Below, in pieces: positions 51,679-64,000 of a DNA stretch of 64,000 nucleotides (position 1 is its first letter; every line of letters starts with the position of its first letter). The DNA comes from Octopus vulgaris. Lineage: Eukaryota. The notes under the pieces were generated by a model, which was not told the DNA's origin, ran no database searches, and saw only the letters and a program-made list of their open reading frames with translations. A program made the translations under genes and the position numbers. Where the stretch lies: NCBI GenBank assembly GCA_951406725.2, contig OX597823.1, positions 49,414,001 to 49,478,000 on the forward strand, given 5' to 3'.

Positions 51679-51980
51679 AAAAAGCACTGGTGCTGGTACC
51701 ACATAAAAAGCACCAGTGCTGGTTCCACATAAAAAGCACCAGTGCTGGTTCCACATAAAATTCACCAGTGCTGGTGCCATGTAAAATGCACTGGTGCTGG
51801 TGCCACTTACAAAACAGCCTGTACACTCTCTAAAGTATTTGGCATTAGGAAGGACATTAGGCCATAGAGACCATGCCAAAACAGAGAGGAGCCTGATACA
51901 GTTCCTTGCCTTACCAGCTCCTGTCAGACCTTCCAACATATGCCAGCATGGAAAATAGACATAAAATGATAATGATGATC
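51679..51980 (+). mobile_element. RTE 3' module preceded by five 26-nt tandem units
   Basis: aaaaagcaccagtgctggttccacat x5 (51679-51808), then ggcattaggaagg..gccagcatggaaaatagac..atgat. Confidence 0.8.
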
Positions 51981-52729
51981 AAGGATGGAAAGCATTTTAT
52001 TATTATAAGTTTAAAAAAAAAACTAATCAACATGCTGTCTGCTACATCAGAGCATTTGGCTACTAATAGTAACAATGGTATAGGAGTGGATCATAAACAC
52101 TTCTTTGTTTGTCTCCTCCACTCCTTTCCATCATCACTGTTTCCGTGACAGCATTTCAGTTTTTATAGTTGGTTACTTACTAAAATAGTTGATTTCAGAC
52201 AACCTTTGGAAACCACTGTTGGTTTCCTTCAAACTAGCCTTGACTTAGCATGTTTATGTGTACAATCCAATACACTTGCTTGATGGGAGTTCTTCCTCTG
52301 AAGATTACTCCTGCTGTTTACTCACTTCACAGTGAGTTTTCACTTCCTACACATGTTCACTGCTTATAACATAGATAATGGTATAGTCTTTTACTGGTTT
52401 CAGAGATTGTACTATGGCCATGCTGGGACACCAGCTGCAACAGTTTTAATAGATTGTATTAACACCAATACCGGCTCTTTGTTCAGCTCTTCACATCTTG
52501 ATAAATGGTCTAAGTGGTGGAGAATATCTTAATCCTGTGGAGACAGAGCCTCATTTGGAGTTTCCATGCCAAGAAGACAGAGCCCTTTTTACAAGTCCTA
52601 TAGAGGACATGCACTTATTTTTCCAACTAAATTAGAAAATATAAAGTAATTACTTTACATATATAAAACCACATATAGTCTTGTAGGAAATTGAATGAAT
52701 TAATACAATTTTCTTCATTATTCAACTTT

Positions 52730-53150
52730 TTGGCTGATAAATCAACCCTGTCGTCTCCGAAGGGTTAATTAGGTTCTCATATTCTTCTTCCTGCAGCTTC
52801 TTCCATGGCTAATCTTTCTTATGTTTGATGAGTAAGTTCTGCAAAATCTGCAACCATAGAAGGTGCTGCAAGGCTGCAGTGTGTTGTCTTTCTTTGACGT
52901 TTTGCTTTGTGGGCCAGGATGTTTTCTTCAAGCTGTTTTGGCTCCTTTGTTCACTAAGGTTTCCCATGCTGTTCTGCCTTCAGTTAATTTTTCCCAAGTC
53001 TTTGCATCAATATGGCACTTGGTCAGGCTGTTTTTATATGTATCCTTAAATCTCAGCTTTGGTCATCCTCTGGGTCTGCTTCACATGTCCAAGCCATCTT
53101 AGTCTCCTTTTGCACAGGATAGTTGCACTGGCTCTTTATAGATCTTGTAA
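52730..53150 (-). pseudogene. RTE (BovB-like) 3' ORF relic
   Basis: RWLGHV-like motif (agatggcttggacatgtg) followed by GRP.LRFKD..K-like decayed sequence. Confidence 0.5.
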
Positions 53151-53539
53151 GGTACAAAAGGCAAATATTGATTTGGGCACACCAGAAGATATGCTATATG
53201 GTCATTCCATCTGATACAAATAGCTGGAAAATTCTAAAGATCAAATCCTACTATTTCCATTAACACACATTAAATGATATAGACCAGAGTACATTATACT
53301 TCAGAAAAAAATTAAAATGGATAGTCATGTCTGGAATTTGAGTATAGGTAAGCTTCACCCTCGCAAACATGAAGTTAAACAGTAACCATAACAAATGCTA
53401 CTACTAATAATACTTATACATAAGCATACATATGTGTGTATGCAAGTATGGAAAAGTGAACATTAGATTTATAATGATGATACACACACACACACACATA
53501 TATATATATGTATGTATGTACATACATATGTATCCAAGC

Positions 53540-55325
53540 ATACAACTTGCTTCACAACCACAAAGTTCAGGGTTCAGACCCACTGCATGACACATTGGGC
53601 AAGAGTCTTCTACTATAGCCTCGATCTGACCAAAGCCTTGTGTGTGGATTTGGTTGACGGAAACTGAAGGGATCCCATTGAATATGTGTGTGTGTGTGTG
53701 TCTGTATCTGTCCCTCCATCACCACTTGACAATTGGTGTTGGTGTGTTTACATCCCCATAAATTAGCGGTTCAGCAAAAGAGAGCAATAGAAGAAATAAT
53801 AGGCTTAAAAATTAAGCCCTGGAGTTGGTTTGTTCAGCTAGAGCCCTGCAAGGCCACAGTCAAATGACTGAAACAAATAAGAGAAGAGAAAGAATATTTA
53901 TATATAATGTTTACAATCAGGGGAGATACAAATGACTCACACAAACACACATATATGCACACGCATATTTATATATATGTTTATATACATCATCATCGTC
54001 ATCATCATCGTCATCATCATCGTTTAGCGTCCGCTTTCCAAGCTAGCATGGGTTGGACGGTTCAACTGGGGTCTGGGAAGCCAGGAGGCTGCACCAGACC
54101 CAGTCTGATCTGGCAATGTTTCTACGGCTGGATGCCCTTCCTAATGCCAACCACTCCTTGGGTGTAGTGGGTGCTTTTTATGTGCCACCGACACAGGTGC
54201 CAGATGAGGCTGGCAAACGGCCACATTCGGATGGTGATTTTTACGTATACATGTAGATGTATATGTATATACATATATATATATATATGCATATATCATC
54301 ATCATCATCGTTTAACGTCCGTTTTCTGCGCTAGCACGGGTTGGACAGTTCGACCGGGGTCTGGGAAGCCAGGGGCTGCACCAGGCTCCAGTCTGATCTG
54401 GCAGGGTTTCTACAGCTGGATGCCCTTCCTAACGCCAACCACTCCGTGAGTGTAGTGGGTGCTTTTTACGTGCCACCGGCACAGGTGCCAGGGGAGTCTG
54501 GCATCAGCATACATATATTTATTAGTATATATGTGTGTGTGTTTATATATATATGCATGTATGTATATATGTATGTTTTCAAAGATAAGTACTAGGGCCA
54601 GTTTGTTTAACTAAAAGGCTGTGCCCCAGTATGGCCACAGTCCAGTGACTCAAACAAATGAGAGACAAGATATATAATGTTCTTTTAGTTTATTTTTTTA
54701 TTCTTTTACTTCTTTCTGTCATCTGACTACAGCAATGCTGGAGCACCACCTTTAGTCGAACAAATCGATTCCAGGACATATTTCTGAACCTAGTACTTAT
54801 TCTGTCGGTGTCTTTTATAGAACCGCTAAGTTACAGGGACGTAAACACACCAGCATCAGTTGTCAAGCAATGGTTGACGGACAAACACAGATACACAAAC
54901 CCACACAGACATGCGCACACACACAGACACACACACATATATATATAATGGGCTTCTTTCAGTGTGCATCAACCAAATCCGCTCACAAGTCTAAAGTAGA
55001 AGACGCTTGCCCAAGTTGCCATGCAGTGGGACTGAACCCGGAACCGTCTAGTTGGTAAGGAAGCTACTTACCACAGATATATATGTGTATAAGCATGTAT
55101 ATATATATACATATGTAATTATATGCATATATCTATATATATATTATATATGTATATATATACATATAAATATATATATATATATATCATCATCATTATT
55201 GTTTAACATCCGCTTTCCATGCTAGCATGGATTGGATGATTTGACTGAGGACTAGCGAACCAGATGGCTGCACCAGGCTTCAATCTTGAGCTGGCAGAGT
55301 TTCTACAGCTGGATGCCCTTCTTAA
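53540..55325. mobile_element. SINE/RTE cluster: A(+) 53540-53895, RTE modules(-) 53990-54250 and 54296-54510, A(-) 54700-55075, RTE module(-) 55187-55325
   Basis: Direct matches to the families defined above, separated by (TA)n/(CAT)n. Confidence 0.85.
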
Positions 55326-55329
55326 TACC

Positions 55330-55351
55330 AAATATATATATATGTATATTC

Positions 55352-55387
<36 letters not shown>

Positions 55388-55990
55388 GCATATATATATA
55401 TATGTGTTGATATACATATGTGTGTATATGTAGATATATATATGTGTATATATATATATATTTATGCATATATATGTGTTTTATATATATATGTATATAT
55501 ATAGGTATGTATATATATATAGGTATGTATATATATATATATAGGTATGTATATATGTATGTATATATATGTATATATGTCTATGTATATATGTATGTAT
55601 ATATATATGCATGTATGTATGTATATATATGTGTGTGTAGAGAGAGAGAGATATATATATGTATATATATGTATATAAATGTGTATATATATATATGTAT
55701 GTATATATACATGTATGTATATGTATATACATATATATATATGTATGTATATATATATGTATGTATATATACATGTATGTATGTGTATATACATATTATT
55801 GTATGTATATATATATGTGTGTGTATGTGTATATATGTACATGTATATATATATATACATATATATATACATATATATATGTGTATATGTATATGCATGT
55901 AAATATATATGTATATGTATATATATGTATGTGCTGTTATACATATGTGTGTATATGTAGATATATATATGTGTATGTATATATATGTAG
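55330..55990. repeat. Long degenerate (TA/TG/CA) microsatellite
   Basis: Seen directly in the sequence. Confidence 0.95.
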
Positions 55991-56636
55991 ATACAGCCCT
56001 TTCAAGCTTACTTTGTTTATTCCACTCTTCATTCTTTCGTTGCCCTTCACTAACATTTCCTTGCCTTCTCTTCATGCTCACTTTCTCTTCTCTTTTCTCT
56101 TCAATGTGTCCTTGTCACTTTTCTCACCCTTCCTTATTTCTTCTGTCGCTCTGCCTTTACCTGTCTCTCTTCTCTGCCCATGTGATCTGTGTTCAGCCAA
56201 GCCTGACCTTTCTTTATTGGCTTGACCTTTGTCCAAGCAACATCTGTATTCCTCCCTGTGCCTGGGAAACCACTTATCCCTGCCATAAGGCTTTACTTCC
56301 ACACTTGCTAGAAAGACACCTGTTGTTATATCCTGTTATTTGTATTTGTGTAACATTCTCCATATTTTTTCTGTCCTTGCTTTCGTATACATTCGCTGCT
56401 TTCTTCCAAGGAATCTAATGCTCTTAGCTTAGTTTTTCCTTGAAGCTGGCCAGATTGGAGCAATCTCAAGTATACCCAGCTGAAATTGGAAAGATAATCA
56501 GGGACTCAACTGAGGAAAGAAAACTCCAAATGACCCGTCCTTGTTTTCTTCGTATGTCTATCTAGATGTTTTGTTGTCCCTTTTTTGTATTACCTAACTG
56601 TCTGGAAGTTTTGCGTTCTTGTCCCATTTTGTATTT

Positions 56637-56702
56637 TATGTATGTATATATATATATATGTACATATATGTAGATATATATGTAGATATATATATATACA
56701 TT

Positions 56703-56736
<34 letters not shown>

Positions 56737-57226
56737 TATATATATGTGTGTGTGTATGTGTACTTGTATTTATGTAAATATATGTGTGTGTGTGTGTATG
56801 TGTACTTGTATTTATGTATATATATATGTATATGTGTGTATATATATATGTATATATATGTATATGTGCATATATATATATATATGGATATCTATATATG
56901 TATATATGCACATATATATATATACACATATATATGTGCATATATGCACATATATGTATATATGCATATATATATGTATATGTATATATGCATATATATA
57001 TGTATATGTATATATGCATATATATATATATGTATATGTATATATGCATATATATATGTATATACATATATCTATATGTATATATGTGTATATGCATGTG
57101 TATATATATATGTATATGCATATGTATATATGCATGTATATATATTTATATATGTATATGTGCTTATGTATATATATATATATATGCATATATGCATGTA
57201 TATATATTTATATATGTATATGTGCT

Positions 57227-57268
<42 letters not shown>

Positions 57269-57383
57269 TATATATCATATATATGCAAATGTATATGCAT
57301 ATAAATGTATATGCACATATATATATGCATATATACATACAAGTTTATATACATGCATATATGCATGCATATGTAAATATATA

Positions 57384-57425
<42 letters not shown>

Positions 57426-57485
57426 TGTGTGTATATGTATTCATATGTATGTGTGTGTGTGTGTGTGTGTATGTGCATATATACA
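56637..57485. repeat. Long degenerate (TA/TATG/TGCA) microsatellite
   Basis: Seen directly in the sequence. Confidence 0.95.
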
Positions 57486-57679
57486 ATTAAATGAATCATG
57501 ATGCAGTGTCAAACAAAAGTCTATTTTGGGAGGAGAATTTTGTCTTCATATTATTTCTGCAGCAGAAATGTATTCCATTCTGTGCTGCTTTGGGTAATGT
57601 TATTTGTTGCCTTGCAAGTGTATTTGACTGACTGAAACTGAAAGAAACCTGTTGCATGTCTTTTATTTTTTCATCTGGT

Positions 57680-58037
57680 ACTTATTTCAGTCATTTGACT
57701 GCATCAATGCTGGGTCACCGCCTTGAAGAATTTTAATGAAGAGAATCGGCAACAGTACTTATTGTTTGTTTGAAACCTGGTCCTTTTTCTGTTGGTCTCT
57801 TTACCAAAGTGCTAAATTACGGAGATGTAAACATGCCAGCACTGGTTGTCAAGCAGTGATGTTGGAACAAGGGCAAACACAAAGTCATACACATGTAGAA
57901 ATATATTCATATACGTCAGGCTTCTTTCAGTTTTTGTCTATCAAATCCGTCTGAAAGGCTTGGGTCAGAAGACACCTGCCAAGTGTCACACAGTGGGATT
58001 GAACCCAGAACCATGTGGTTGGGAAACAAACTTCCTG
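57680..58037 (-). mobile_element. SINE family A
   Basis: Reverse-complement copy. Confidence 0.8.
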
Positions 58038-58083
58038 TGAGTAGATTTCATAGGTGGAAACTGAAAAGAAACCTGTTGTGTGT

Positions 58084-58136
<53 letters not shown>

Positions 58137-58214
58137 CATATATATATATATAAATGATATATATGTATATATCTGTATGTGTGTATACACAAACATGTAC
58201 ACACCACACACATA

Positions 58215-59600
58215 ACCATTTTCCAATGTTGGCATATTTTGAACAGCTTGATAAACTTGATAGGAACCAATGAGCCAGAGAGCTCCAGTATCTGCTTTGG
58301 CAATGTTTCTATAGCTGGATACTGTTCCTAGTGCCAACCACTTTACAGAGTGTACTGCATGCATTTTTCTCTTTTGTCTGTGCGTGGCATCAACACCAGA
58401 CAAGATCCATCCACTGAGTGGGGATGTAGTACAAAAGGATGTGAGAGTATGATTGGTGGAAAGGAATGGGTGTGTTGCTGAAAAGATGAATTCATGGTTT
58501 CTCCAGCTAGAAAGGGAGAAGGAGATAGCAGAGATGTACCCTCAAGGTACAAGGTGAAGATGAGAGAGAGAGAGAGATAATAGAGATGAAGGAGCCAAAA
58601 AGATGGGTGGCAGTTAAGCGTACTAATGCATGATAAGAGTGTGACAGAAGATTGGAGATGAAGGTTTAAGATAGATGCATTGAATATCAATTTGGAGGAG
58701 AGAAACATGAAGGAAATTAGAGTGGATCAAGGAGGATGAGGAGGTAATATGGATAAAGTGTGAAGTGAAGGGGGAAGAAATAGTATCATTCACAGCAGCT
58801 GAATGAGTAGTACCATAGTTGAGATTGATTGAGGGATGGGTGTTAGGAGATGAGTTTTGGGAGAAGTCTTGACTGGATCCTATTTTTGCTGAGATGGAGG
58901 GTTTTTCTCAAGCACAACTTATCACTCTTCATCTCAGCCTTTTTATCATCTCCTCCACAAGGCTCAACATTCTGGGGTTGGTCTTCACTACTATATCCTA
59001 TGTCTTTTTGGGTCTTATTCTTCCACAAATTCCATTCATATTTATTGATCAGCACTTCTTTATGTTGCTGTCATCATTCATCTACATCACATGACCATAC
59101 CAATCTTTTGCCCAAATTTTGTGCTTAGTTTTACATGCACTCTCACATTGCACATTCAGTGAAACATACCAGCTTCATTTCTTTCTTGTCTTTAACTGTT
59201 CTCTGCTTTCATGGCCCAAGTTTCACAACCATATTGCATTCTTGTTCATGCACAAGCATCATACAATCTGCTTTTCAGTCTGAGAGAGAGGTAACAGTTC
59301 TCTGAACTTTCTCCAGTCACTTATTATTCTAGTGACTATATTTTCAGCACATCCACTTCCTCTGGTAATTAAGTCTCCTAGGTAATAGAAGCTATTTCCT
59401 ACCTCTAAGGATTTTCCTGGACATTCCAGAAAATCTATTTCTTATGTATTTTTAGTGTTTATTGCATCTGCTGCAAACATAGTTTACTTTCTCTGTTGAC
59501 CTTCCTGTGATTCTACGGCACCTTATATGTCCATAGATTGCACAGAGTACACCATATGGAATTCCTATTTACACCTGTTCTGCATATTTAACATGGCCAT
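58215..59600 (-). mobile_element. Decayed RTE LINE (PHD-like finger, post-RT region, C/T-rich 3'UTR, terminal module)
   Basis: LEVGNSFYYLGDLITRGSGCAENIVTRI..WRKFRELL and a Cys-rich finger, collinear with 498-1639. Confidence 0.8.
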
Positions 59601-59637
59601 TTTACATGTATGCATGTGTGTGTGTGTATTATATATA

Positions 59638-60058
59638 TCATCATCATCATCATCATCATCTTCATTGTTTAACGTCCATTTTCCATGCTGCATGGGTTGG
59701 ACGGTTTGACATGAAGCTGTCCAGACTCCAATTGTCTGTAGTGCCATGGTTTCTACAGCTGGATGCCCTTCCTAACACTAGCCACTTAACAAAGTGTGCT
59801 AGGTGCTTATGTGCCACTGGCACAGGTACATTTATGCAGCACCTGACAGGACAAGCCTGTATGTGTGGAAGACAGCAATTTTACTTAGTTTGACACGTCA
59901 TATTAAGTACAGCAAATCACCACACCTCCCAGTCCCTTGTCATTTCCTCAGGGAGGCCCAACATCCAATGATGCTTTCTCACCACCTCATCCCATGTCTT
60001 CCTGGGTACCCCTTCCACAGGTACCCTCCACAAGAGTGCTTGACACTTCTTTACACAG
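59638..60058 (-). mobile_element. RTE LINE 3' end
   Basis: CVKKCQAL..PRKTWDEVV..RDWEVW followed by the terminal module and (GAT)n. Confidence 0.85.
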
Positions 60059-60619
60059 TTGTTTGTGTTTATATGTATGTGTGTGTGTGTTTCTGTATAT
60101 ATGTATATGTGTTTGTGTACATATGTAGGTGTGTGTGTTTTGTGTATGTATATATATATATATGTGTGTGTGTTTGTGCGTATATGTATGTGTGTTTTGT
60201 GTATATATGTATGTGTTTGTGTATGTGTGTGTGTTTGTGTATATATATATGTGTGTTTGTGTATATGTGTGTTTGTATTTATATGCATGTGTGTCTGAAT
60301 ATGTATTTGTCATGTTTATCCATGTCCTGACATCACATGATGGTTGTAAACGAAAATGACTATCATACGAATGTTGTCATTGCCAGTATTCTGTGAAAAA
60401 CTTGTCAGCCTTGGGGAAATGTCCTCTTTCTTGAAGACAAGTGAAGTTAGTGACAGGAAGAGCATTTGGTTGTTGAAAATCTACCTAGATGAATGTCATC
60501 CGACACGTGCAGTCCTGGAAAAGTAAATACTGAGATGGTAGTTATGATGATTGTCTGTATGTATGTATGTATGTTCTCCTCTATTTATAATTAAGTGAGC
60601 TGGTTTCCAACAAAGATAT

Positions 60620-63420
60620 AAAGCTCCATCATTGGAATGTAGATAAAAAAAAAAACAATTTCTCATAATGAACTGGAGAAGAGTCTTGCATATGTTTACT
60701 CTTCCTCTTATAAATTGTATTTGTACTGTGTGAATTAGCTGGTTGATTTTTTTTTTTCTTTCCTGAAAATCCTAGCTTTTCCAGATTTTCACCAAGGCTT
60801 TTACAAACAAATCCAAGTGCACCAATTATTATGGGTATAAATGTGAATTTATGATCTGGATATAGAAGCTGGTCCATTAGTATTCTCTTCTTTTTTTTGA
60901 GCTTAAAGATATTCACCTGTCAAGCCAAGTGAAATCATAGTCATGGCTGGAAGCCGGTGTCACATAACTGACACTTGTGCTGGTGGCACATAAAAAACAC
61001 CCTTCAAACATTGGGCCTCATAGAAGTAATGACTGGTGACCAAGACCTTTGGAGAAGACTTGTCAAACCAAGTGAAATCTTAGTTGTGGCTGATGCTGGT
61101 GTCACGTAACTGGCACCCATTACAATCTTGCAGTGATTGGTATTAGGAAGGGCATCCAACCATAGAAACCATGCCAAATCAGATTGGAACCTGGTGCAGC
61201 TCTCTAGTTTACCAGTTTCAGTCAAACCACCTAACCCATGCCAGCATAGAAAGCTGATGCTAAAATGTTGATGATAATGATGATTCACATCATGAGAGCA
61301 GCTGACCTCCAAGACAGTTCATACTTTTTCTTCCTTGTCCCAAGCAACTATATTCAGCTTGTTATGTTTGCACTTGGTAGAAGTTTTGATGAGAATGTTC
61401 TACCAATATTTCTTGTGTTGACATTTATGTTTGTACTCAATGAGAGTAGGATTTTCTTTATTTATCCAAGGGCAATCCTAATTTCAGATGGCATTTTATA
61501 TTGCTTCAACAACAATATTGTGTTGCTTTGTGTAGTAGTTTCCTGATGACATCTAGAGCAATTGCTGATGACATGTGTGATGTCTTCCACAAAAATGTTG
61601 CATATGTATATTTTCAATTGCATCTAGGGGAACCAAGAGCTTCACTGTCTCTTTTGTTTATTAGGTATTTGATAACAGTCTCCTGCTGTTGGATTGTAAT
61701 GGCAAAAGCCTTCGAAGTATGATGTGATATAACAAAGTTCAAGAAAGGCTGTACTTTATGTTAATATTAGTGTCATCTTCAAGTCTTCAGGAAACATACC
61801 TACGTATAGTCTTTTTTTTTTTGTACTTTGAGCATTGTACATCAAAGTCTTCTTCAAGATCCAGCTGTTTTAACATTGTATATGAGGTCGTCAAGATGAG
61901 AGTGCTCTCTGAGGAGCTCACTGACAATGTGTACAATGTTGCTCTATTTGCTTTTCAGCACTAGATTTATAGATTTATATTTGCTACTTTTGTTTAGCAG
62001 GTGTTGTCTGAGAGATACCATGCAACATTCAAAGGCTGCCTGCACCAATCTCAATTTTCCACCTTCTTCCACTTTTCTGAAATAGAGCCTGTTTATATCA
62101 CTATTTCTGTGGAAGTTTCCAGTTGATGTCCAGATTTTGCCAGTTTTAATGCCTATGGAGTGAATTTCCTCTACAGACCAATCAAGTATTTCAAATGAAT
62201 ATTCTAGTACTACTAATGCATTGTGGAAAAATTGTCATGTTATAAGAGAAGAGCTCTGACTGTCCTATTTCCTTAAGTCTTGTGTAATATTTTCAGGTCA
62301 GTTTATCTTTGTATTTCATCATTGTCTAGGCATTTGTAGCATACTTTGTGTGGAACAAAAGAAACAGAGAAACTGTTGATGCACGCATTTTGAGTTTCAG
62401 GGGTTGACTTTCCATGTTCCATGGTCAAATACGAACATGTCTTTTGCGAAATTCCATTCCTATCTCAGCTGAAAATATTATCATTAACTCCAGCTGTTTT
62501 TTGACATTGTTAACATTCTTAGCATAGATCTCCTGGTCATCCATGAAGAAATTCTGGGTTATATTTGTATCTCTAGCTGTTGCAGACCCTAACATGTAGC
62601 CACTAGATTTTTGTAAAAGAAATGATGACCAATTTAATGCCAAAATAGACAGAATTACAAAAACGACTATCTCCTTGGAATAGTACTTTTGAAATATTTA
62701 TAACTTCAGAGACAATCATTTTACTCTCAATTATGAGTGTGAGGATTGTTGGTCAGGTCTTTGTGAGCCTTTCAGTGACAGTGATTAAGGCAGCAAGTAC
62801 TTTTACCAAGAGAATTAGAGTTGAATGCGTTCCTATAATCAAGCCACAAGTTTTCTGTAGTGTTTCCTTGCTTTGGACAGCACAGTTTTGTTTATCAAAA
62901 GTTGTTTGGCATATCTTCACACTCCATTCTTTCTACCTACCTGCTCATCAGTCACTATGCTGTTGGTCTCACAATAATTGTGGAAAAATTGGTTGAGACA
63001 GCTTGTGTTATAGCTTTTTCATAATGTTTTGACAGGTGATGGGCCTATAGTTTTCTGCCAATTTGATGGTTTCCTTTTTGGCTACTAGTTCCCTCCATAC
63101 TATAACAAGCCAATTTAGTTTGTCAATTTGGCCTTCCATAGTTCTTCTTAATATCAATATAAATAGCTTTCTGTGTACTAGTATCCAGTTATTGGGTCTT
63201 TTCCAGGTGGTTTCCATTATGTAGTTTGCATGTAGCTAATGTCAAAGTTTCAGGGTTGCTTGTGTTTTACTGTCAACATTGGTGTATTTAGCTGTGATAG
63301 ATTTTGGTTGAAAGCTCACTTTTCATTCAAGATCTTAGACAAGAATGATTCGAGGTCTTCTTCAGAAGTGGCTTTCTTAACTAATATTTTACTTCCTCAT
63401 CTCTGAGGATAATCTCTGTG
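60620..63420 (-). pseudogene. R4/Dong-like non-LTR retrotransposon relic (RT plus RLE endonuclease), interrupted by an RTE module at 60915-61285
   Basis: AENYRPITCQNIMKKL (RT start), FFMDDQEIYAKN..IGMEF (catalytic xMDD) and YPDHKFTFIPIIIGALGFV..NLEKLG (RLE end), in the correct order. Confidence 0.85.
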
Positions 63421-63839
63421 GACTGGAAGCAAATTTATAATGACTAGAAGAATATTGAGTGAAACCTGATAATCAGTTGATCTAGCAAGTGGTGCCTCAT
63501 TTCAATGAGTGGGACCAGTGCACAATGATGCTGTCAAGAAGTAGACCCTGAAACAGTGCACATTCTCTCCTGATGACCCCCATAAACTTGCTAATATCTA
63601 TTATGCAGAGCTTTCAACTGGTAGCACTTGCCTCTGCAAGTTATTTGCAAAAAAATCTACTGGTTCACTCAAATATTTTTCTTTGATAATGAAGTTTCAT
63701 TGAGATTTTCAGTAACAAGCTTTCTAGGTCCTTTTATATCCAGTTTTTTTCTCTTGGCACATTTATACTTCCTTGTTTATGCTCACTAACAATGCACATT
63801 CAGTGGGGCTTACTAGCTTAATTTCTTTCTTGTTTTTGC

Positions 63840-64000
63840 ATATCGTTTGCATTCTGAGTCACATCTTACCATGTAGCATTACAGATCATGCACAAGCATC
63901 ATACAATGTCTTTCACTCTGAGAGAGAAACTTTTCGTTACTAACTGAGATAATAGGTCACTGAATTTCTTCACTTACTGCTTATTCTAGTATTATACTTT
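63840..64000 (-). pseudogene. RTE relic fragment
   Basis: gcacaagcatcatacaat..ctctgagagagaa, similar to 59250-59340. Confidence 0.6.

Noticed and set aside
51679-51808. CRISPR-like palindromic repeat array
   Set aside because: Units are contiguous with no unique spacers, there are no cas genes, and the context is a eukaryotic retroelement.
55286-57501. Long ORFs (up to 251 aa) rich in Y/I/C/V/M/H/T
   Set aside because: They are translations of stop-free TA/TG/CA microsatellites; the same applies at 1548-1937, 17316-18184 and 59803-60359.

Overview
AT-rich, repeat-dense eukaryotic DNA, most likely from an Octopus-like coleoid cephalopod (inferred from the SINE families, RTE 3' ends and the very high microsatellite load; not database-verified). 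I find no intact host protein-coding exon and no RNA gene. Almost all listed ORFs are translated microsatellites, SINEs or decayed transposons. The window contains: three tRNA-headed SINE families; RTE, Hero-like, R4/Dong-like, CR1/L2-like and Penelope-like retroelement relics; DNA transposon relics (mariner, Tc1/maT, Tigger/pogo, hAT, piggyBac-type MITEs), several with visible TIRs and TSDs; and many nested insertions. One CpG-rich island near 41.2-42.2 kb looks like a promoter and non-coding first exon on the + strand. The most notable signals are a 180-bp near-perfect palindrome with a hammerhead-like arm, an AG/GTAAG/GTGAGT recursive-splice or 5-nt microexon site, a PHD finger inside RTE ORFs, degenerate hammerhead-like motifs next to Penelope endonuclease relics, and closely spaced inverted SINEs in the putative first intron. 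I see no convincing new multi-gene system. Coordinates of decayed elements are approximate.
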